A stretch of 56,470 nucleotides of DNA, filler included, from Sphacelaria rigidula (lineage: Eukaryota): assembly GCA_964200075.2 (NCBI GenBank). It is 4 parts of 4 records of this genome, joined end to end, with 100 filler letters (N's around TTAATTAATTAA, not from the genome) between each part and the next. Parts side by side here need not be neighbours in the genome. Positions count along the whole stretch, not along the records: positions 42,431 to 56,470 come from CAXNAA020002491.1; 3 more parts are not named here. One strand, given 5' to 3'. Within the stretch, counting starts at the first letter, position 1, and each line of letters opens with the position of its first letter. The notes beneath the pieces are model-generated. The model was not told the origin of the DNA and ran no database searches. It saw only the letters and a program-made list of their open reading frames with translations. A program made the position numbers and the translations under genes. Positions 47,201 through 56,470 of the stretch are shown here, in pieces.

Positions 47201-50200
47201 TGAACGGCCATCGTATACCTTCAAGCCATATCGAAAAGTTGCTCATGTCGTGCATCCAAATGTACGTAGAATGACTAGCTGGGGGAGTTTTGAGCACAAG
47301 CTGATACGCGTGGTGGTGATATCTTTTTTAGACGCATGAGCATAACTCCGGCTCGGGACCACGGATTACATATGATCCGACGTACTGGGCGTTGAGACCA
47401 GTGAAAATCAAACAACACTTTCCTGTTTTTTTTTCCAAGATTCGTACTGCTCCGTTTCGGGAATGTGAACTTCATGGAAGACGACCCAGAATACGACTCA
47501 TACTTCGAATAACAACTAACGCTGGGCTGAATCACTTCCTTCGCTTCATGTTAATTTGGCTCAGACATACTGGGGGAGAGACGGATTGATTCCACAACAC
47601 CACGAACTCGTACTCACACGGAGAAAAACAGAAGGAAGGATTTCAATGTGAAGAAAGTGAAAGGGGACAGTGGGAGGTTACGGAGACAGCATATCTTGTC
47701 GGTTCAAGTCCGTGGGCAGGGACGGGGACGGGGGGTTACTTGGAGTGGTTGTGAGACGAGAGATTTTCTCGTCTCCAGTTCACGCTAAAATCATGCAAAA
47801 TGCATGAATCATGCCACACACGAAAATGGATAGAGGGCCTTTCAGCAAAACCACGGGAACTAGAAGACAGGGAGGACGAGAAACAAAAAAAATCACCTTC
47901 ATGTCGGCGATGTATTGCTCGAGAGACACCAAGTCCTCCCCCGTGTTCCTAGAGAAGAATCGGCACAGCTGAGCAAGGTCGTCCTTCACATCTTCGTCCT
48001 CCACGATGCCCACCTTGAGGTACTTCCCGAAATTCTCCCCTAAAGTTTACGGCATGGCAAGATGATCGGCGTTGTCATCATCAAGAGCCGGATGTCATAT
48101 TCCAAATAGCGTCAATACCCGCCGGTCACCAGCTTTACGGGCCTCGGTAACAACCATAACATACCATCCGCGGGAGGGGGGGAGAGCGTACTCATATTTC
48201 GCTTGCCTTCGTGGATAGTGGGCGGCATATACAAAACCAACACCACGGCTGGATCTGTCGTGGTTCGTTCAATAAAGCACTTACTCAACTTTACTCGGAA
48301 AAGGTATACGTGGTCCAGATGGACTACGCGCGCGGTTCAAGGGTTTCAACTCTTCGGAACCCAGTGACGGGTCTTCGTTTTCGTGAATCGGCATCATTTT
48401 GACTTCAACATAGTGTGAAATGATGCCGATTCACAACAAAAATCGTCACTAGGTTTTCTCCAAGGGTTGGGAAGAATCCCTAGAAAACGATACCAAAACA
48501 GTATGGGTCTGTATTGTCTAGCAGTGATAAAGGACGCAATGAAAGGTACGAGAACAAGACAAGAAACGCTTGTTGATCACAGGCAGCAGCGTGGGAGTAC
48601 TTACAGAAGGTCTTGTATTTCTCCTCGTCCTCAGCGAGTTTCTTGAACATGTCGATACTCTTGCGCACCAGGCGTTTGCTAATCACGCTCAGCATCTTCG
48701 AGCGCTGCAAGATTTCACGGCCCACGTTCAAAGGCAGGTCCTCGGAGTCCACCTAGTCATCGTGGATGCAGAGCATTCATCGCGGGAGGGCGCGCCATGA
48801 CATAACATTGAATCAACGGTGCCCAAATGAGACCTCAACAACAATAAGAACATCAGAAACCAATGATGATGTTTTGTGTCAGGTCAAAATAGGTTACGAT
48901 GGGTAAGCGCCAGAATGGCAACGTCGTTGAGCGAGGTTCTCATTTCATTTTGGGGAGCAGCACACGCAAATGGAAGCTGCTTTCATGTATGACGATCAAG
49001 AGAACTCGTCGACCGAATCAACATATATATAAACATATACTACCTCGAAGAGCTTACAATAATATCTTGACCGCGAGAGAGATTTCTACAGCTGGGGTTC
49101 AGAATCGCCCATGTTGATGAGATCGAGCATATCTTGTCTGTTCTAGACAACGTTCATCAACGAAAACATTTCCGCATAATCCATCATTTTCCAACCGACT
49201 TTGGTAGGCAGTAGCACCTGGCCATTTCCACGTGAAAGAATCCGACTGTCGACCCACGTTCCATCTGCAGGATCCGGCACTCAAGAGATAGCTTGCTTCG
49301 TACAATACACAACTCCACGAGCACAAATACTCGTCATACAACCCTCAGAGGAAAAATACTCACCACACCGCGAAGGAACAGCAGCCACCGCGGGATAAGC
49401 TCTTCGAACTTGTCGTTGATGAATACTCGCTTCACGTACAGGCGCATATTGCGGCTAGTCTCGTCGAACATGTTACGGCTCAGCTCGTAGGGAAGGACGC
49501 TGGGCACAAAGAGCAGCGCGCGGAATTCCACCTGCCCCTCCAGGGAGAAGTGGGTGTACGTGGCGAGCTCGTCCCAGGCCTTGAAGGTAGACTTGTAGAA
49601 TTCAGAGTACTCCTCCTCCTTGACTTCCCTCGGGCTGCGCATCCAGATCGGCTTCATCTTGTTCATCAGCTGCAAAAGGCAACAAAAAAAAAACGAGGTA
49701 CAAAAAATGCATCACGTTTTAGCATATGCCGAATAAAAGGCGAGGCAGGGGAACACGAAACAAGGGGGGAGACAAACGCACATACTCACACTTCTTGTTG
49801 AATATTTCTCTTAAAATTTCGGTTCAAGGGGAACATACATACGATTCAAAACAATTATTTTGACACGCGTAACCATGAGTCTTACAGACGGTCATCTCTT
49901 CCGCTTCAAGAAGGGTGATCAGCAACCAATCGCCGGCTTCTTTATTCAGCGCTGTTATTTCTTGTCATGACTCCGCTGTAGAGATGAGATGCCACGGCCA
50001 GTCAGTGACCGAGACCGGAGGTACACATGCGTGCCGTGATGTCAACTCGGAAGCTGCGCCCGAGTCAACATATACTCCGTCGTGATAAAAAGCTGCTGCG
50101 CAGGTTCAATCTGTCGAACTGATCAGGTACAGGGCATGGGGTGCTACAGCAGACTAATACTTCGGAATTCCACGTAGCTAGATCGAAGCTCATGCGGATG

Positions 50201-53200
50201 GAGGGATACGGATACATAAAGAAGGATACATAAAGAAGGATACAATGCAAGAAGAATGCAGAGAACGGCCGGGATAGAAATTGTCCAGATCGCAGACACC
50301 AATACGAGACATGGGTTGTAGATCCACCACACTTCAAATACTATGGAGCGACTATTCACGGTCAAGGCACAGAGTATTACGACAATATTCTCATTGGTAC
50401 ACATCAACCGTCATACTGCGGGAAAAACACAAACTACGAAATGTTTTTATATTATTTCCTGCCGTACAGATTTGCTGCTCAATACGAGAAGAAAGTATAT
50501 AAATATAATCCATGAAAAACTATTCAAGACGCTGGAGTCGTGAACGAGATGGTGCCCCATACTTCCCCGTCATCACTGTGCTGACGGTACTTTCAGTTCA
50601 AGTCCAAGGGTTGTATAACTCCCCTTCTATATACAACGTATTCGCGCTCTCGATGTAACGGTCACTGTACCTCCCACTGCATGGCCGTGCGCGTAACGGT
50701 CTTCATCTTGGGTTCCCCCCCTTCCTCAACCTCCGCATCTGGGTCAGGGACCTGGTCATACGTCGTCTTTTCCGCCCACACCTCGATAGGGAACGAGATG
50801 AATTCTGAGTACCTCGTGCACAGCTCCTTAATCTGCAACAGGGCACACCAACGAGACAGGAAGAAGTGACGGCATGGATAAATGTCACGAAATGAGGGGC
50901 CGGGAGTTTTGAGAAAAAAACACACAGACACAGACAGACATAGAACCTTTCGAGTTTGAACAGCGACGAAGAAGATGATACTCTCGATAGCGTATGGAGG
51001 GTCAGATATAGACGGGTAAGGCGGGGGTGGACAGCACGAAGACGATTTATAATGCAGTTATTTTGTTTCGTGTCACTAGCGCCTTTTCCGAAAGACGTTT
51101 GGGCAGTCAGGGTAACCGCGCAACCATTGCAGTTTCTGGGACAAGCGGTCACGATCACCAACGAGTGCGTTCCGCCGACCGCAGGTCAAAGATGTCAACA
51201 GCAAACGACCACAGGTATTAGTTTGGGCCAGCTGAACTTCAACACTTCGATCGCTAGTCTATGATATGAACGTGAGGGAAAGCACAATCATCCGAATCAT
51301 CCTGTGTATACCGCAAACGAGATTTCAATTTGTTCCTCAGGGACTTGAGCACCTGAGCTTCCACACGCGGAACATTTTTTCTCGCGTGTCGGTTCTTCAT
51401 ACGTGGTGTTTTTGGCCGTCGATCATGTGGCATTCACGCGTGTTCCAGCCATCACATCAAAACGCACATAGGATATAAGCGAGCATGTACATACCCCGAA
51501 GAACACACTGGACTGGCAGACTGGCATACCAACTCCCTCTCACCACATGGTACCAAATGTGGGGGCCGGGAGTGAGGCCAATTTTTTAGGGACATGCAGG
51601 GTGATCCCTCGAGAGTTCATGAGCCCTACGTAACTTTCTCAACCATCTCATCTTGTAGCATGATCAAGGTGTTTATTTTCATCAACCCGGTTCAAAGGGT
51701 CCCTGAAGCATGTACGGGGCACACGATGCTCATCGATCACAGCATGTACCGGAGCGCGAGATGTGGGGCTTCCAAATATCGGCGGCAGAGGTCATCCACC
51801 AATCGTGGCAATTCGACGGCCAACCCACCTTAAAGTCGTCAAGGTACTCCTCGCTGTCCTCTTTCAGGTGCAGCACAATCCGCGTGCCGCTACCTTCAAT
51901 GGGATCCGAGTCATCCTCCGCTATCGTGTACGAGTTGCTCTCGCCCGACTGCCATCGGTACTGTGATCACAGAGCGCACGCCATCGAATAATGAGCACGT
52001 TGCAGTATTATCAGCTCATGGCAGAGCACGGCGTTTTTTTTTGGGAGGCATTTTATGACTGTACGTGGTCGTGTGATGCTTTCTCTGCCTCTGCAGTGGG
52101 CGGCAAAATTTGGCTTACATGACAATCAAGGCGAAAAGACTGTCCGAGAGGATTGCGATCCCGACGTTTCTCGACCTTGACCCCGACGGTTTTACTGAAA
52201 GTCGGGTCATGGACGACGGAGCTTGCCACTGAACTTCAATATCCACAAACGTCACTCTGCACGACGATTCGACCGCATAAATTCATCAACACTAGACTAC
52301 GCAAACATCGTGTCCGTCGGAGCCAAGTCAAGATCATAACGGTGGTAATGGTATACCATCTGGTGTCAAAAATCTTTGAATTTCAGCGTGCGCTTGGCCG
52401 TGGACAATTTTTTTTCTTACTTCGGAACGCCGGCATGTCGAGTCGAGACAAAACGACACTATGTGGTAAAATCGGTGAAGACAATGGAAAAGACGACGAG
52501 GATTCAGCAACGCCGTGCATGAAACAAACCTGCGTAGCGTCCGGGCTTTGGCAGCTCTTGGTGTATACCGTAACCTTGTCGGCCACCAGGAATCCCGAGT
52601 AGAACCCGACACCGAATTGACCGATAAGCGATACATCCGCATCCCCCTGTTTGGTTGCACGCGAAATTTTGAAATTTTCAGCATCGTAGCCAAGAACGAC
52701 GAAACAGTTGAAATCAAATGCAGAAATGGTCGGAGACGATAGTTTGTAGCTTGTGCCGTGCAATCGTTTCCACAGACTGCTCAATTCAACGACCGCTCGG
52801 TCGGTGTTTCGGGCTAGTCAAAATCTGGTGTCATGTGAAAACGTGCGATACATACGTACTCCATCACGTGGTATCTCTTCTATAATTGTATACTCCAGTA
52901 CGGCCTTTTCTCACCATATTTGGGTTTTTGTTTATTCGATTTCCATTTTCATTTCCTCCTTCTCTGTCCATTTCCTTCTCGTTCCCGCTTGGCCTTGTTT
53001 CGATTCTTGGTTCTCAGTTGAATCTATTTGTACCGGATGCCATCGTTTGGGATTTGTCCACTTTTTTTCTTCATCAGCATGCGTTGTCACTGTGTGTATC
53101 TTGGGTACGTTGATTTTCTGACCACGGCTGGGTCCCTCTCTCGGGGATCAATTAATCGATAGTGAATTAAATACATCACCGTGCTGTGCAGACGCCCGCG

Positions 53201-54882
53201 TAGGGGATACGTACACCACCGCTGGAGCGATAAACTCAAAAAGTAGTTCGAACTGACGAAAAGGCAACGCGTTGATCGGAAGCGCACCGGCGCAGCTAAG
53301 TGGACGACGCAGCCAAGTGTTGCGGAGTCAACGGCCATCGCTGACCTGCTCCCCGCAATTGTTGTATGTGCTGTATGTGTCACTCGCTGGGCGGTGTTTC
53401 GAGAACACCACACACCTACGCCGCGATACTCAATGCGACCATTGCCGAGCGTGTGCTACCTGTTTGATCGCATCCATGAACTTCGCAGTGCCGGACTCCG
53501 CAATCCTGCCCAAGTTGTTCTTGAGCTCCTCCTTCGTCATACCCACGCCCGAGTCCTCAATGATCAGGGAGTTACTGTCCTGCAATGGCAGCACACGGCA
53601 TCAAGAGAAGAGTTCATTTGTGACGACGGTCAGGGATGGGCTTTATTTCACGGATTTGTAATTCGCATACGAGGAACATCACGCACACCCGAGTCAAAGG
53701 TCGGCCTCGGTCGGCATAAACGCACACGTGAAGAAAAGCTTGCGCTGTCGTAGGCCCTCACAACTAAATCGTGTCGAAACCCTAGACGGAAACGATCAGG
53801 ATAACCCTGCGACATGTTGGGCGCCACAGGTTCATGTGTCGTTTTCAACAGTTGCGATTTTCATGAACGGAAACGATCGCCACCTCAGACAACGTCTGCC
53901 ACGCGTCACGCAGCGCATCGCTTCGAGACGTTGGGTGACATACTTCTCGTCGACCCTGTTCGATACTCACAGCCGTTTCATGGCCACTTGTAATATCGCC
54001 GAGACAGACAACGCTTGACTTGCTCGCGGCGTTATATCAAGTCGTCGTGGTCCTTTCGGATAAGCACGCGTAAAACCCTCGGTGCATTCATGTTAACAGC
54101 ATGTCGTGAGCGTGCGGCTCCAAGTGAAAGTTCGAAAGTTCAACCCCGACCGCACAAAACCCTCACAACTGGACGACTTTTAAAGGTATAAGCGACAAAC
54201 GATTGAACCTCTCTTGTCAAACAGAACTAGTCGTAGAAGAGCCCTTCCCACCTCTCACCACCCCACCATCCCTCCCAGAGTTCTACTCCACTCAGCACAG
54301 CAGAGACCAAGGTCCATCATGTTACGCATGGTTTCCCCCCACACTGTATGTTTTGAAACACACCTTGTCCGCCCTAACTCGAATCCGGTACTCGGGTTGG
54401 CCAGATGCTCCTCCAGTGTCGTCAGTCACGGCCAGAAATCTCTTCTTGTCACAAGCATCAGCAGCGTTAGAAATCAACTCTCGCAGAAAGACATCCCTGT
54501 TGGAATAAAGCGAGTTGATGATGATGTCCATCACTCGCCCGACCTCCGCCTGGAACTCAAACTTCTCCCCTTCGTCTACCACTGCAGTCGTGTCGGTGCC
54601 GGCCTCCGCTGTAGACATCTGCAACGCGGGCATGTTTGCGGAGCGGCGACCATGCTGCTGCTGCTGCGCGCCAGCAACGACTACAGGGGAGGAACGGCCG
54701 ACCCATGCGTTTTGGCGGGTGGTAGGGTTGGCGTTGGTGTTTGTTGTCGTGGTTTGACGCACGACCGTCGAGGACCGAGGGCGAATGACTCCAGTGAGGC
54801 TGGTGAAGGCGGATGTGTGGCTTGCCGAGATGGACAAACCCAGGAGGGCTGCGCAACCCGCCTTTGTCGCTGCACTTGTCAT
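44260..54882 (-). CDS. HSP90: Heat shock protein 90, organellar type, predicted plastid-targeted (HSP90C/GRP94-related), 780 aa, 12 exons
   Basis: Phase-consistent GT-AG exons: 54882-54364, 53579-53460, 52646-52530, 51960-51829, 50832-50671, 49669-49364, 48752-48605, 48039-47897, 47149-47061, 46285-46122, 45650-45457, 44508-44260 (2343 nt). Signatures [75 protein letters not shown] and LEIN..HP. No MEEVD or K/HDEL. N-terminal signal peptide followed by SAF and an S/T/R-rich transit-like region. Confidence 0.96.
44722..45025 (+). mobile_element. tRNA-derived SINE (copy 2), in the last HSP90 intron, antisense
   Basis: Box A TGGTGGTGTAACGG, box B GGTTCGATTTCC. The body shares ACTGAGTTTGTTTGACG.GAGTTGAC, TGCAAGGCGTGT and GGACTC.TCCCGAGGAA with 32354-32665. 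Confidence 0.8.
48171..48215 (+). repeat. G-run-headed repeat fragment in an HSP90 intron
   Basis: GGGAGGGGGGGAGAGCGTACTCATATTTCGCTTGCCTTCGT. Confidence 0.55.
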
Positions 54883-56372
54883 GATTGATGCTGTCAAGGG
54901 CACTAGATGAATACCTTCACGGTCTGTGTGGGCTCTCGGAGTTTCCGGATTGTTGATGTACGCGGCGGGGAGGGGGGAGGGGGGTTCCACGGAAGGTATG
55001 TGAATTAATGATGCGCTGTTCGTTGCCAAGGGCGGCGGGTCGATTCGTATGCTGCGAGCTTTTTCCAGAAGATCGGACTTGAGCTCTCACAAAAGTCATC
55101 ACCCAAGTGTCACTTTTGGTTAAAGGTGTGTTCATACCCGTTTGCCTGAGAAACATCAACCAGCGCGAGCAAGAATCTTGTTGATTGAACGCAGAGAGCA
55201 TTGGCGCATCCGTCATTTCAGCAAAAGGTGCGGGTAATTTTCGAAGGCTACCCATTATTCCTAGTTATATGTATCCATTGATGATACCAGACCATAGACA
55301 AGTACAGACAGCGCGGTTATTGGGTACCGTACAAGTACTGCACACGGCACAGGTAGGTCGCCCCGAAATTTTTCGCTGCTAAATACCGCCCCCTTCCCGT
55401 TTTCCCCTCTCTCGTGGCCAAGCCACGGAGTACCCTGTGCAATTTTCTTGATATGGAAGGGCATACGGTGACAGAAGCCTTAGAGGTGTATCATCAGTCC
55501 GTTTACATGCTGAATTATCTACACCTGCTCCGCGTACTGAATCCTCTACGCTTTCCCCGCGTATGATGCCACGGGGGTGTTATTGCGCAGTGTTCTCACT
55601 GATCCACTGTCACGCACGTGATCACCACCCCTCCAGAAGCAACACGTGATGGATTCAGGAGACTCGATCGAGCTCGCAATCACGATTATGCTTGAGCAAT
55701 GTATAGATCGTATCCATAGGCATCTCCTGCAAGCACTCCATTCTAAATTTGCCAACCTCAGCGCACAAACTGACTGTCAATGTTTACCGGAAGCAGGCAG
55801 AACTCATTCAATCCCTGTACAATGAGAATTGTCATTTTCCATTCTGGTATCTGAAACGCACCCTGTACGGGGAAAGATATACCGCAACATCAAACAGAAT
55901 TAGAATATACCTCCAGCTATCGCCGTGCAAGATCACCATTGGGCTCTAAGTTTCTCGCAGTATTGTGAGTTTTGCACACCCTGGACAAAAAAAATCACAC
56001 CCTGGACACCACAAGATTGCAAGGACGTACTCGACGCACTGCTCTGCTGGGCCAGCGTTTAGCCAGCCGTCCGTGACTTGGGTTGGAGGAAAACACTGCG
56101 AAGATCAAGCTCCTAGTATAGGTCATCATACTTTTCTGTTTCAATGCATGTATATATCTATACGACATGCAGAGGATTCGATACTGTTCTCCCAATGAAA
56201 CGAACAACGACCTGTATGTATCAATCACTACTCCAAAGGGAAAAAGCACGTGAAGAAAACTTCTCTCTTCGAAACAGCACCATGAGCGAAAAAAACAGAG
56301 ACAAAAAAAATGAGTCTTGCGTCATTCAGTTGTCGTTTACCATCATTGCTCAAACGATTTTTTCAGGAAATT

Positions 56373-56404
56373 CAAGGGCAGGTGAAAAAAATATTCCTGG
56401 ACAC

Positions 56405-56448
<44 letters not shown>
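56373..56448. repeat. Repeat fragment plus poly-C run near the contig end
   Basis: CAAGGGCAGGTGAAAAAAATATTCCTGGAC matches 28073-28102 and is followed by ~43 C. Confidence 0.75.
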
Positions 56449-56450
<2 letters not shown>

Positions 56451-56470
56451 TCCTCTTTCTCCATTTATTT

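Noticed and set aside
29580-54882. A PDI + HSP90 chaperone gene cluster
   Set aside because: The genes are on different contigs joined by an artificial spacer.
54883-55029. N-terminal extension of HSP90 shown in the ORF track
   Set aside because: It begins at a non-ATG codon; the ATG at 54882 directly precedes the signal peptide.

Overview
Eukaryotic, intron-rich DNA at about 50% GC, most likely from a brown alga or related photosynthetic stramenopile (inferred from the gene structure and a signal peptide + 'SAF' bipartite plastid presequence). The window is not one locus: it is four contigs of 14045, 14044, 14041 and 14040 bp joined by artificial N44-TTAATTAATTAA-N44 spacers. Contig 1 has a degenerate or uncharacterised multi-exon gene and a 4.3-kb nest of non-autonomous DNA transposons. 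The host element has CACACCCTGGACA termini and internal ~42-bp repeat-spacer arrays built on the palindrome CAATATATATTG. It has inserted into a copy of itself (perfect 8-bp TSD), and two unrelated MITEs landed in the same palindromic motif. Contig 2 has a two-exon TBL/PC-esterase-like gene with variant catalytic motifs, a hAT deletion derivative and several foldback elements. Contig 3 has a partial PDIA6/P5-like protein disulfide isomerase gene (7 exons traced). Contig 4 has a complete 12-exon, 780-aa, probably plastid-targeted HSP90. Dispersed repeats include a tRNA-derived SINE, LINE-tail-like repeats and G-run-headed repeats. No CRISPR-Cas, rRNA or intact tRNA was found. All coordinates and alignments were read by eye.
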